Positions 35,270 to 48,800 of a DNA stretch of 64,000 nt are shown in pieces. The stretch covers positions 49,292,001 to 49,356,000 of the forward strand of contig OZ076413.1 in assembly GCA_964187785.1 (NCBI GenBank). Direction: 5' to 3'. The notes below the pieces were generated by a model. The model made no database searches. It was not told the origin of the DNA and saw only the letters and a list, made by a program, of their open reading frames with translations. The position numbers were made by a program, and so were the translations under genes. The stretch is from Amphiscolops sp. MND2022. Lineage: Eukaryota. Every line of letters begins with the position of its first letter. The first letter of the stretch is position 1.

Positions 35270-38188
35270 GAAGATTTTTGGTTCTTTCTCCATGTTAATC
35301 TTTAGCATTTATTTAAAAGAAAAAAAGGAGAAAAATATAAAATTTTAATATCACCAAAGCTGCGGGGTCGGTGTCGAATAAAATCTGGATCTTATGGACA
35401 ATAACCCCCTCCAGACAATACCTACTGAAGAATAGGCCTTCCCCCACATAAGTCTCCGTGCAAATTGTTTTGTTCCGTTATTTTGAAATCACTGGTTGAA
35501 ATGAAGTATAGTTAACGTTGCTTGAGCCTAAAAACGCATGCCATGTAATAATCATGTTTTTTGGTGCTGATAATTTTCACCAGGCCTAAACTGTTCTCTA
35601 TTAGAGTTTTCAATATGGTGCTGTACGAGGCTGGATATTAACATTATCGCCTTTTGAACCCCGAAGTGTGGCGTGGTAAAGAAAAGACCAACAACAGGAT
35701 GGGGGAAGGGGGCTGTCGTTCTTGAGATTCAGAATTTAAAAGTGATATTAGGTTTTTGTAAGGTAAGCCACCTGGTAGAATATCTATCGGGAGAAGTTGA
35801 CAAGACGCCCGCTCACCAGCGGGATACGTTCCGTCTCAAATTGTTTTAACAATGACATCATTTTGAGGTTCAAGACTATCTAATGAAAATGTAAAGAAGT
35901 TTGAATAAATGGAAGTTTTTACACTGTTAGGTTCATCTTATCCCGTTTTTGAAGGAAACACTTGAATCAAGACTAATTTCTAACAAGAATATAAAAATAT
36001 CTCTTCCAAAATACCTGATAGACAACTGATAAACAAAGGTTTAGTGGTTGGTAAGTGATTACACCATTCCCACCTGAAGATTTTTGGTTCTTACTCCATG
36101 TTAATCTTTAGCATTTATTTAAAAGAAAAAAAGGAGAAAAATTTAAAATTTTAATATCACCAAAGCTGCGGGGTCGGTGCCGAATAAAATCTGGATCTTA
36201 TGGACAATAACCCCCTCCAGACAATACCTACTGAAGAATAGGCCTTCCCCCACATAAGTCTCCGTGCAAATTGTTTTGTTCCGTTATTTTGAAATCACTG
36301 GTTGAAATGAAGTATAGTTAACGTTGCTTGAGCCTAAAAACGCATGCCATGTATTAATCATGTTTTTTGGTGCTGATAATTTTCACCAGGCCTAAACTGT
36401 TCTCTATTAGAGTTTTCAATATGGTGCTGTACGAGGCTGGATATTAACATTATCGCCTTTTGAACCCCGAAGTGTGGCGTGGTAAAGAAAAGACCAACAA
36501 CAGGATGGGGGAAGGGGGCTGTCGTTCTTGAGATTCAGAATTTAAAAGTGATATTAGGTTTTTGTAAGGTAAGCCACCTGGTAGAATATCTATCGGGAGA
36601 AGTTGACAAGACGCCCGCTCACCAGTGGGATACGTTCCGTCTCAAATTGTTTTAACAATGACATCATTTTGAGGTTCAAGACTATCTAATGAAAATGTAA
36701 AGAAGTTTGAATAAATGGAAGTTTTTACACTGTTAGGTTCATCTTATCCCGTTTTTGAAGGAAACACTTGAATCAAGACTAATTTCTAACAAGAATATAA
36801 AAATATCTCTTCCAAAATACCTGATAGACAACTGATAAACAAAGGTCTAGTGGTTGTTAAATGATTACACCATTCCCACCTGAAGATTTTTGGTTCTTTC
36901 TCCATGTTAATCTTTAGCATTTACTTAAAAGAAAAAAAGGAGAAAAATTTAAAATTTTAATATCACCAAAGCTGCGGGGTCGGTGTCGAATAAAATTTGG
37001 ATCTTATGGACAATAACCCCCTCCAGACAATACCTACTGAAGAATAGGCCTTCCCCCACATAAGTCTCCGTGCAAATTGTTTTGTTCCGTTATTTTGAAA
37101 TCACTGGTTGAAATGAAGTATAGTTAACGTTGCTTGAGCCTAAAAACGCATGCCATGTATTAATCATGTTTTTTGGTGCTGATAATTTTCACCAGGCCTA
37201 AACTGTTCTCTATTAGAGTTTTCAATATGGTGCTGTACGAGGCTGGATATTAACATTATCGCCTTTTGAACCCCGAAGTGTGGCGTGGTAAAGAAAAGAC
37301 CAACAACAGGATGGGGGAAGGGGGCTGTCGTTCTTGAGATTCAGAATTTAAAAGTGATATTAGGTTTTTGTAAGGTAAGCCACCTGGTAGAATATCTATC
37401 GGGAGAAGTTGACAAGACGCCCGCTCACCAGCGGGATACGTTCCGTCTCAAATTGTTTTAACAATGACATCATTTTGAGGTTCAAGACTATCTAATGAAA
37501 ATGTAAAGAAGTTTGAATAAATGGAAGTTTTTACACTGTTAGGTTCATCTTATCCCGTTTTTGAAGGAAACACTTGAATCAAGACTAATTTCTAACAAGA
37601 ATATAAAAATATCTCTTCCAAAATACCTGATAGACAACTGATAAACAAAGGTTTAGTGGTTGTTAAATGATTACACCATTCCCACCTGAAGATTTTTGGT
37701 TCTTTCTCCATGTTAATCTTTAGCATTTACTTAAAAGAAAAAAAGGAGAAAAATTTAAAATTTTAATATCACCAAAGCTGCGGGGTCGGTGTCGAATAAA
37801 ATCTGGATCTTATGGACAATAACCCCCTCCAGACAATACCTACTGAAGAATAGGCCTTCCCCCACATAAGTCTCCGTGCAAATTGTTTTGTTCCGTTATT
37901 TTGAAATCACTGGTTGAAATGAAGTATAGTTAACGTTGCTTGAGCCTAAAAACGCATGCCATGTATTAATCATGTTTTTTGGTGCTGATAATTTTCACCA
38001 GGCCTAAACTGTTCTCTATTAGAGTTTTCAATATGGTGCTGTACGAGGCTGGATGTTAACATTATCGCCTTTTGAACCCCGAAGTGTGGCGTGGTAAAGA
38101 AAAGACCAACAACAGGATGGGGGAAGGGGGCTGTCGTTCTTGAGATTCAGAATTTAAAAGTGATATTAGGTTTTTGTAAGGTAAGCCA
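35270..38188 (+). repeat. 806-bp tandem array (units start at 35270, 36076, 36882, 37688); the 4th unit resumes at 57701-58008
   Basis: Near-identical units with an exact 806-nt period. The fourth is split by element B. Confidence 0.95.
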
Positions 38189-38922
38189 TGTAACGACAAG
38201 CTCTCACCATTGTCGTCGTAACCATAAGAGCAGGAGGAACACATGGCATGGGTATTTGCCCGGGACAGGCGCCCATGGCCATGAGTTCATTTTGCCTCCT
38301 TCGGGTAAGAAATGTCCCGTCAGAGGAGGATTCCGCTTCTTAAGAAGTGCTCGCCGGCCTGATCCAGTCTGTAATTGCTATCAGTAGCGCGCATTACGCT
38401 TTTTCTTCGGAACCAACGCTTAGATAGCCTCTAAAAAATGCAAGTGGTGGAAAGGAAAAATCAAGTTTTTTCGAAGTTACACAGGAAATCGAAATAAGTA
38501 GCTAACGAGCTGTTACAACAAGAGAATACGAAAATTACTACATAATTAGCACTTCTGAGGCAGCAATTAGCCGGGGACACAAGCACGGATGCTTTGTCCA
38601 GCCAATTGACTCATTTTCGGTAATCACAGCGTCTTGTAACGCTTCGCTGAAGAAAGCACTGGCTAGAACAAAGTTCAGTCCGTTTTGACAGAAATTTGAG
38701 TCTTTTTCTGACAGCGGCCGTGTTTTTCTGCAGTTTTCTCGTTCGGTTGGGGTCTGCCCGGAGTCTTTTGCTCAAATTCTCTTCAATTCTGTGGGCAGGT
38801 ACTTGAATAAAGACACGCTGCCGTCCAGCGGAATATGACTTTTCAGTAGAGGGGATATAGTCCCTTGAACGAAATTTTCATCGAAATTTTCGAAATCGTG
38901 TACTCGATAGGTAATCGCTACA
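38189..38922 (-). repeat. 3' LTR of element B
   Basis: TGTAACGAC...ATCGCTACA; direct repeat of 56967-57700. Confidence 0.96.
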
Positions 38923-39872
38923 TACACTCCCCGGGGTCTAGTCTTGACGTCCCCGTCAAGTGTGGGTTGGCATCATCGAGTCTTTACCCAGGGTCATCTA
39001 TGTCCCACTGAGAAGGTAGAGTGCACATCAAGTAGCGCTGGGCAGTTCATTGGGACGTCGTCAAGTTGGCCTCGTGGGAGTGTTTTTGACCCAGCGTTGC
39101 TGCATTTTGATCAAATCAATACAACTTCGTACACAAATCTTATACGGCAAGGTTATTACTTTTTGTAGCCTGTCGTGAGCAATTCAGGCGTTAAAATTTC
39201 TTTTCGGCCTTTCATACAAAAAAAACTTTTTTTACTGCCGTTAGTGTTAGAACTTGTTTTAAGGTCAACGACCATCACATGACAGTTCAAAATTTATATT
39301 CCGAAGCTCGGGAGCTTCGCACTGCTTGGCGTTTGATAAAAGTTCTTTTGATAAGCAGTTGCCATAAAATCAACCAATAAGTACAGTCAATTTAAAATTT
39401 CTGTTGCGAGACTTACTCTCAATCCTATCAGGTAACTCAAAGAAAAAACAACAGGTTAATGCTCAAAAGCTTTCATTTCTTTCTTTTCCCTTGTTCTCTT
39501 CTCTTCTTTTTCCGTCTTTCCAGACGTTATCAAAAATCAATATCAAAACTAGTAACTAAAATGGGTGTAATAACACCTGATGAATATGCTTGGGACGTGT
39601 ACTATATACCCTCAAGCTAGTAACACTAACTACAACGAAAATTATTGCACCGAAATGATACAGATGAGGAGGAAGAAGCCCGCGGGCTTCAACCTCGCGT
39701 CTTGGTTTCTGCACCGTGATTAATTGATGTTTTCATATACAACTGCAAAGTTCGTTACAATGTTGAAGCGTATCAACGACATCTGACAACAAAGCTTCGA
39801 TAAAAGAGCTTAGTAGCGACATTTAAAGCATAACAGCAATTCTTCATTTAACGGTGATGTTTGGATTTCGCT

Positions 39873-42800
39873 TCACTGTGTGGCGGAGGAGTGGCGCGCC
39901 CTGGGCGAAGTGCTCTTTTTCTCTTCCATCTCGGACAATGATCCTCTACGGACCGTGGCTTCTCGCAGTACTGGTCCAGAGGCGTTATGGGCAGTCTCCG
40001 GTGTATTGGGAGCGGCACTGGAACTGCAAGGGTCACTGGTCGTTGGTATTGGGGTGGAGGCCTCAGGGGAATGCTCTTGTGTGTCATTAGATTCAGTGGC
40101 GTTGGTTGAGCTGGATACGGGGACGTCAGCCGGAATCTGCACATCTAGTCGACTTGCATTGAATAGATGTGGCAAGTCGATCGGCCTGTTCCTTGTAGCG
40201 ATGGGGCGCTTCTGCTTCGCGCTGATCTTAGGGTGCAGGTCAGGTCTGCCCCAGAGCCCGCAGGCTCTGGACCAGTTGTCTCTATTTTCATGCTCGATTA
40301 TTTGCCTTGAAGCTTCCCATTCTGGTCCCAGAGGATCAGCAGCTCCATGATGTGATAGCAGGTTTCTGCTGGCATGTCACTCCCCATGGTTACTCTGGCC
40401 TCAGGATTCCATACTGACGAGATTTGTGGGGGTACGACTAACCCTTTTAGTCTTCCCTGACGTTCCTCCAAGGTGCGAGACATCCATACACCCAACTTGT
40501 AGTGATCCCTGTATGCATATTGCTCGTCAAACCCGCGTTCGATCATGCTGATAGGTTTGGCTCTGGCATAGCCTATTGGTCCTTGCCAATATCTCGCCGG
40601 GATCTTGATCAGCTGAAAATGGTAATCGCGATTGGTGTGACCACCCATAGCTTGCACGCACTCAGTCACATACTTCCGCAGGTGTGCGAAACTCCAGTTG
40701 AATCGGATTGGGATGCCCTTGTCATCCAGAGGCGAGTTGTACCAGTTTACTGGGCCATACTCTCGTGGGAGAGGGCAAGCCTTCTTCGTTCGAGCTTTCA
40801 GTATTCCCGATAGATTCTCATCCTGCTGGGTTTCATTTTTGATCGTCGTATACATGCGGGGTACCCTCAAGTACAACCCACTTTCCAGCATTTGTTGATA
40901 GTTATGGGGCTTTACATTCTTTATAAATGTCAGGATAGACACCGATGGTGTTTCTGAGGCAAGTCGTAGGGGTTTAGTTGGGTATCGGAGTATCCCAGTC
41001 GGACCAAATATCGGAGTTAGCACGGGTGCTAACACTGGTATTAAGTCTTCCACTTCGGACAGTGTGAAGTCCGCCAGCTGGTTAGGTGTAAGGAAGCCCG
41101 CCACCTCCGTCACCAATTGACGTCCGTCATAAAGTGGTTGATTCTTATCAACTCCAACAAAAAGTCCCTAAGAGAAGACTAAGCTACAGTAAATCCAATG
41201 GTGCAAAGAAGTGATCATTTTCGCCAGGTGTGCGGGATAATCTTGTGCGTCCTTCTTCTGCAACAGTTCGGCTAGAGCAGTGAGTCCTTTGATGTCCCCA
41301 CGCGACAACACCAGGTAAGAAAACAACCATTCCAGGTTACTCTCTGTTATTAAGTCCGTCAGAATCATCATTGGACCCGCAACGAAACGCTTCTGACCAA
41401 AGGTCAGCATCAGGGCCAAAACTTCGTTCAGCTGCATGGCACCAATGATCTGGCTAATCTCGATGATTTGTTGCTCCTCAATTCCGAATTCCACGCGAGT
41501 TACATCTGGACTCCAGCCCAGCCCCAGACAGATCGCAAATTGATCGGTTGACATTCCAAGCTCTTTTGCTATATTGGCAATGGTGGTAGTCTGAAGTTGC
41601 TGGTACCACCCATCGTAGGTGCCACTAAGGGCCTGGATCTCCGCTTGGGTCTCGCTCGTTAGTTTGGCGGTGATGTATCTCATGCCCGCAGACAGCTGGT
41701 CGATTGTGAGGTCTTGGGCGAATTGAACTCGTGGGATCGCTCTTTCAATTTCTCTCTCGTTGGGCACTTTCCCCATCGCTGCAGTGACTTCCGCCAGGTC
41801 ATCCTTTATCGAGGTTTTTCCACCGGAGGAGCGCGCGCGCTCCATCCAGTTATGCATACGAATGGCTTCCCACTCACTTTTAGTAGGTTCTGGGAGGCGT
41901 CTCTCTCCTTCTTCGTTAAACATTAACACAGCCATCCTGGTACCATGATCGAAGTAAACTGCGTCATCGATAGTCAGTTGTGCGTTTCCAGTTTTCTCGA
42001 CGGATTGCAGCACCTTGGACACTGAAGCGATATACCCCATATATGACAGCCAAGAGGGGCGCAAATCGCTGCTACTGACACGTAGATTTGGCGCACAGAT
42101 CGCGAAGTCCACTTCCCTGCTTTGACACACCTCAGTTACAAGGTAGACGAAACGTTGTAAGGCTGGAGGCCATTTGCAGAACCCAGGAGGTGTAACAAAG
42201 ACCACCGGCACCTTCAATTTCCTCTTCAGAATATTCTGGGCCTTCTCCATAGCTCCCGCCAGATTGGTTACTGCATTACGCACTGTTGCTCGTTGTGCAG
42301 GAGTTGGATTCAGCATCTCCACATTGACGATCTGAGTCATCAGGCCTTCGCAGGCCAGGTGGTCGAAAACATTGCTGATGATAACCCTGCGCGGGGGTGG
42401 TTCCTTGTACGTCCCTGTCATCTCGGGGTCGAACATGGTGACCAGGACTTCAGCCATCTCGGGAATGCGGGATAGCGGCAGGGTGAAAACCATCACGTCT
42501 GAGAGCACATTGTCTATTGGAATGTTTTTCAAGAATGTCGAGTCGATAAGTAAGGCGTAGCGCGCACGCTGCAACCTTTCTTTTGGCATGGGAAGCTGTG
42601 CCTCCAAGTCACGGGAATATCTGGGATTGACTTCATACGTTTCTCCTGCCCGGAGGAAGTACCTTTCTTCGAATTGCCCACGGAGGTCTATGTTAAGGGC
42701 ATCCAGATAATTATCCTCCACGTTGGGCAGTATGTTCGTGGCCTTCCCCAACCATTGCGGCTCGTTCGTGGGGGTATGGTCCATGCGGAGTGGGCGAGTC

Positions 42801-44434
42801 ATGAACACCGATACGTGGTCTTTCTTCAGCTTCGCGTGTTGTTCGTCGCTGGGAGGACACATGTTCTTTGCGAACAACCACTCTGGTGACATGATTACTG
42901 CCGATTCCCAGATACGCCTGGCGTCTTTCGTTACCAGACTACCCTTGGAGTTTTGCATCGGGCTCAAGTATGTCGGCTGTTTGGTGAACGTTCTTCTCGT
43001 TGGATGTTGGATCGCTTGCTTTCTGAGCGGCGTACCCGTCGGTCCGCTGTTGGTCACCTTCAGGCCGGGATAATCATCCATCACATCCTCAACGGTTCTC
43101 TGCGCCTGGGGTGTCCCTTGGTAGCCGATTGTGGGTTTGCTTTGCTGCTGCTTTGACGACGATGGTTTGGGAATCGCCCTTTGTGCTAGCGATTCACGCG
43201 ACGTCGTTTGTGAGGGTGGCAGTGGTTGCATTATTCCTTGTCCTTCAGTGGATTGGCTCGGTGGCGGCGAAGGAAGCACGGGTGCTTCCGACACCATTGT
43301 TTTTGTGTGATCAGATGCGTTGACAGTCATGGGTACTTCTGTGTATGCTGGCGTGGTTTTTTCGTTGGAGACTGTCTTATCCGGTGGTGGTTTACTCGAC
43401 GGGCTGTCGCGAACAGCCATTGGCGGTATTGCACTTGTGCTTGCCCTTGTCGGTGAACGATCATTCCTTTTTCGGGAAGTAGGACGACGCTCTCCTCCCC
43501 CCTTGTGAGAAGATGAGGAGCATGAGGATGAGCGACTGCGTTCCATAGTGACTGTGCGGGAATGTCCCGGTTGTTCAGACAGCGGGTTCACATGTGGAAC
43601 AGTCAGTGCGGATGGCGCAGTGAGGGCACTCGTGTTCTGAATTGTGACTGTGGGAAGGGTTATTTGGCGTAACTCCGGCCAGCATCGCTCCATGGACGTC
43701 ATAAAGTCGGAATAATGTGGGTCAATGGCGACAGCTTGCAAGGCTGAGATAACTGCCTGTTCAGCCAACGGTCTATTCGTCATATCAGGAGGCGCTGGTG
43801 CAGGCGGGCGCGCCAGAGAGCCCGGGGGCTTTCCGGCACGCGCGACTGATTGAGATGCAGGTATCGGTGGTGGTGGAGGAGGGCAAGATGGAATCTGCAA
43901 AGAACGGGTCTGGTGGACGCCGCCACTGGGTAAACTATAGGAAATCGCAGCACGATCGTCAGTGAAGTGATGAGTCAAATCATGACCGAACCACACTCCT
44001 TCTTGAAAGGTCATGGACCGCTGAAACCCAGGAAAACCAGACGTGATTGAGATGGTCAGCATTGGAGCTTGGGTCTGGGACTCCATCTGTGCAATTATCG
44101 CTGCCACTCCAGCCACAGTAGCGGATGAGAGACCTTGGTCAAGGCGGTCGCGAATGAAAGCGACCTGAGATGTTCGCTGAACACGCGCAGTGTCATATAT
44201 GCGCTGTCCCATTGCAGGTGATTCATTGGAACATCGTGGGGGTACTTCGTCAGCTTTGTCTCCGTGATTCATCACCAAGTCTCTGAAAGAGCGCAAGTTG
44301 ACTGCGTGTTGATCAGTTGCAGTGCAATACATAAAGTCACATTGGGGTAGTACCAAAGACAGGTAACCAGGTAGCGGAACTAATGACATAAGGATAAGTA
44401 AGGTAAAGCAAGAAATACACTCATACTTCGTCAA
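39873..44434 (-). CDS. Large accessory ORF (~1500 codons; one TAG at 41168, frameshift near 40350) with Pro/Ser-rich linker and SGNH-hydrolase-like domain
   Basis: The 1088-aa and 272-aa ORFs are in frame across a single TAG. LLIDS / VIISNVFDHL / VVFVTPPG / DLRPSWLSY follow SGNH block order at about 42570-42000. Confidence 0.7.
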
Positions 44435-44480
44435 CTCATTAAGTTAACTAACTAAGAATACGAGAAAACAACAAAAAAAA

Positions 44481-45880
44481 TCACGGAAAGCTAGCGATGC
44501 TCGCGATGGAAACGTAAATGCGATCATGTAATACCACAGACAAAGGTGTATCAGCGAACGCGTCCATTAAGCAGGTATAAAAATCAAAGAGATTACGTAT
44601 CGGGCGCTCGGGATCGATGATAGCAAAATGAACCTCGGTGGCTTCTAGGCGTTCGAGTAACGTTTTCAAACACTCCAGACACACGAAAAGAGTATCAGCT
44701 ATCATGGGGCAACGGGGCGTGGCGCGCGTAATCAATAAATGTATAGTTTGGGGTTTGTCGTTACTCATAGACACAGGGAGCGTCAATACATTCCCAACTT
44801 CCGGTCGGAGTCGAAATATGGTGTCGGCTCCATGCTCACGTATTACGTAGCGAAGGGCGGCAGAATTAGTCTCCAGATTCGCGGGGCAACACAAAACAAC
44901 ATGATGGGAAGCTTGTAGGAAATCCGTATTGGCATACTGCACATAGTCAACCAATTGAGGTCTCACGGCTCCATGGTATACTAACTCTCGTCCGTGGTCA
45001 TTGGAGAGAGCGTCGTCACATGTGTTCGGAAGGAGGCCTTTAATGGCGCCCAAGTCTTGCCACACAGATCGCGGCAACGATTGATTATCAATGTTAGCCC
45101 TGGACCATGTATTCAGTGCGTGTAGGGCTGATTGGAGTGATACAGGAGTAGGAAATGAGTGCGTCCATTCGTCCAGGAATCGGATTCGTGAAAAGTTCGA
45201 TAAGACTGCTATGATAAGTTCTAGCCACCATTCAAACTTAATTTTACCACGATACAGGTCTATGGTGTGGAAACAAGTGATTCTATCAGGAGAGGCCATT
45301 GTCCGCAAACTCTCCAGACAGGTGTTCAAGTCATTGGGATGAACCAGGTCGGACACTTGTTTGGCCGTAATTAGTAGCCACCAGTTGGTTGCAGGCTGAT
45401 AAACGTCTCCTGGTTTTGCGGTGACGTTGTACTTGTCATACAAAAGGTCAGCAGGAATACAGCGTACCATTTGGATAGGCTCTCGTTCATAGTTGAAGGG
45501 ACCAAAAGCAATATTTGTAGGCAAGGGGGGAACAGTGATAGGTAATGTGAATTCCAAGCCAATAAGATCATAGGTCCATTCCTTGAACCTTGGGCTCGGG
45601 GCCTTTGCTATCGTAGAATCTGTCATTTTGGATAGGATATAGTCCACAGGATATGGAGTGTCGCTGCGTTGTAGCCCAGTATAAGTCTTCTCGGCTCGAA
45701 TAACCAAACGGTCAACCGTGCCGCTTGGAAGCCATTTCTCCTGTTCACGTGCTAGCAGGACTCCCCGGGGTCTAATTGGGAAGCCCGCGTGGACCATGTA
45801 GTTACATTCGCAGTCTCGTAGGCCACATGTTCCGCAACGATATCTGGGAATACGATTGCGTCGCGTTGGTTGATTCTGGC
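44481..45880 (-). CDS. Cys motif plus two tandem TARG1/OARD1-like macrodomains, probably a frameshifted C-terminal extension of Pol
   Basis: RCGTCGLRDCEC, then RCIPADL..KPGDV..WWLLITAK..LNTCLESL and YANTDFL..VLCCPANL..EVGNVL..IHLLITR..LFVCLECLK..AFADTPLSVVLH. Confidence 0.72.
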
Positions 45881-48800
45881 GGTGCTGCTTGATCTGAGGT
45901 AACCGCCGCGCTAGGGGCAGAAGAGTCAGTGTCCACAGATGGAGTGCGACGAACACGGGTAGAGGTGTTAGGTCTGGCGTGTGTTGTACGAGGAGGTCTT
46001 CCTCTAGGACGGCCTCTTTTGCGAGCGCCTCTAATAGCACCTCTCTGTTGGTGGCCACGTGGCAGCGAGGCTCGCGGCCTCGCTCTGCCTGGCGGACGTC
46101 CCCGCGGTCTATGCCCTCTAGGAGCATTGGAGAGTTTCGTGGTAGTAGCTGCGTTGTTGTTGGTGGGAACTGTCGTAGGGGGAATAAATCCCTTTTCGTC
46201 ATTGGTCATTGGTGCTTCAGCACCGTTGTCGTCTAAGGTGGGGTTGAGAACATTGTCATCGATTAGGGGCCAAATGGGAAAGTTACTCAACATATCCGTA
46301 AGAGATGGATTTGTCAATAATGGGGCGGATGTACCGGTCAGAGAGGTGCCGGCACTTTTGGTGAGTGCGTGGATAGTAGGATTTGGGGCGATATCCAAGA
46401 CGTCGGGCACTGCTTCATTCTCTGAGAATAGAGCCTCCATAGCAGGCAGTGGTGATATTGGTATTTCGGGAATAGGCGCAGGTTCATCCACATGTGATGA
46501 CAAGATAGCACTCTCATCGGGATTAGCCTGAACACTCGACAGGAGTACATCAGAACGTTCGTCGTCAGACTCAGTCGAAGAATAGTCAAATTGTTGATAA
46601 TGTAGGCGGCTGCCACCAGCGCGCATGCGTGTGCGCAACCGTGTGTCCATCCAATGTCTTTGTCGAGAAGACAAAGAGGCATTACTGGCTTCTGAAATTG
46701 GTTCCTCCGCACGATAAGAAGGTTGCGAAGCATCGTCTCTCACTTCCTCGTGGGATTGTTCTGGGTCAAGGTCCATGATGATAGCAACCTCGCTGTTATG
46801 CGCAGGAACAGCTGCCCATTCTGTTGGACCACCATGGTGCGGTTTCAATCGTTCGAAGTGTACTTTCTGACCAGTGTCAAGTATGTAGACGCGTCCCTCT
46901 TGTAGTACTCGTGCTACTTTGTGAGGACCACGCCATGCTCTCATCAATTTAGGAGATCCTTTTTGAGGAATGTATCGGCAAAATACCCAAACAGGTTCGC
47001 CCACTTCATAGGCTTTAGCACGAATTGCTCGGTCGTATTTCAACTTTTGTCGCTGCTGGGCTTGATGCGTGTTACGACGGACTAAGTCATGAATCTCTTG
47101 CTGTCGAGCCAGCACATGTTCCACATAGGCTTCGTGTGATTCGAATGACTGAGTTGCAAATTCGGGATACAAGAAAGTCAGGGGTATAGCTTTTTCCATG
47201 CCTCTGGTCAGCATGTACGGGGAGAATCCAGTAGTGGCATGACGTGTGGAGTTGTATGCACCCATGACTTCATCTAAATACTGGTCCCAATCACGCATTC
47301 GTCTAGAGCAGAATACACGCAGTAGGGTGAGTAACGTTCGGTTTTGTCGCTCTACCAACCCTTGAGTCTTGGGGTGGCCAGCAGTTGAGGTTACTTTGGT
47401 CACTTGGGCGGCTTTCATGAACTCAGCAGATACTGCCGCGGTGAAGTTGGGAGCATTGTCTGACTGCATTCTCGTCGGCGTTCCATGGCGGGCAAACCAT
47501 TTCTGCAACAACAATTTTGAAGTGGTCGCTGCATCATACTCATCGTGGTTGCACGGCACAGCTTCTGCGAGCTTAGAGAAATGATCAATAATAACCAAGA
47601 TTCCTGTGTTACCATCGTCAGAGGGACAAATTTTCATGTGGTCATATTGGACTAGCTCGTTAAAATAGCTGCTTTGGATATTTTTCAAGTGAAAGCGTAC
47701 ATCACCAGGCTTGTCACGTACTTGTTGACAAGTGATACATTGGCTGACGTATTGTCCAATGGTGCGGCGGATGCCTGGCCAAGTGTGGCGCTCTTGAATT
47801 CTGGCCAAGACTTTCGCGATGCCCTGATGTCCCATCGCGTCGTGGGCCTTGAACAATATCTCATGCTGATACAAGTGGGGCATCACTATCATGCAGGGGC
47901 GTTCATGCAAAGCTCTTTGACTTTTGGAGTACTTTACACACAAAACCCCGTTGGCGTTTACCAGCAGAAGGTTCTTCTTCTGTTTGTGGTAGTTTTTGGC
48001 AAAGGCACGTACATTTTCCGGAAAGATGTCGTGATCTATTGACTCTTGCATTACCAATTTCTTGATGGCCAAGACGTGGACGTCACGGTTTTGTGCCAGT
48101 AGTAGATCTTTCAACCCATGGACTGTGTTAGCATGTTCATGCAATTCCATCGATATGCTGTTTACCACAAACGCGGCTTGTTTTACGTGCTCTGGTGCAG
48201 TGCTAGTTGCTTGCTTTTCCGTCAGTGGATAAGTGGTTCTTGATGGTACGTTAGCAGCATGCGTAGGGAGCAAATAGTCTCGTTGATATTCCTAGGTCAG
48301 TTCCAACCAATCCTCAGGATACTCTGAGTGCCAATTCTGGTTTTGGCAATGTAGGTAGGGGTGCTCTCATGGCTTCGTCGCGCATGATCGCACTTTGTCT
48401 ACTTTGTCCACTTCTCCGTGTGGGAGCGATCGTTGTGGTTTGAGGTGAGTGTTGGGTGGCCAATCTCTGCAAGTGCGTAGGCAGGTCGGGGTGATTCGGT
48501 ATCACGCGTCCTTGAACATCAAACCATGGGGCTAGTGGGAGTCTGTCATATTCTTCTTGCGATAGGAAGTTCCATTTGTTAGCAATTGCTGGTAGATTTT
48601 GTAGCTGTTTCTCATGCTTTTTATAGTCGTTGGTTCGTTTACTAAGACCATCAGCATTTCGATGTTGCGTTCTGGGTCGGTGCTCAATACCGAAGTGATA
48701 TTTTTCAAGAGCCATAATCCATCGACCAATAATCGCCTGATCCATCGAATATGTCTTTAGCCAGGATAGGGCCTGATTGTCGACCCTCAGTGTGAATTTC

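Noticed and set aside
44330..44434. Signal peptide making the element B accessory ORF an env
   Set aside because: The start is non-ATG and the hydrophobicity probably comes from a pyrimidine-rich acceptor region. No clear fusion peptide or C-terminal TM anchor was seen.
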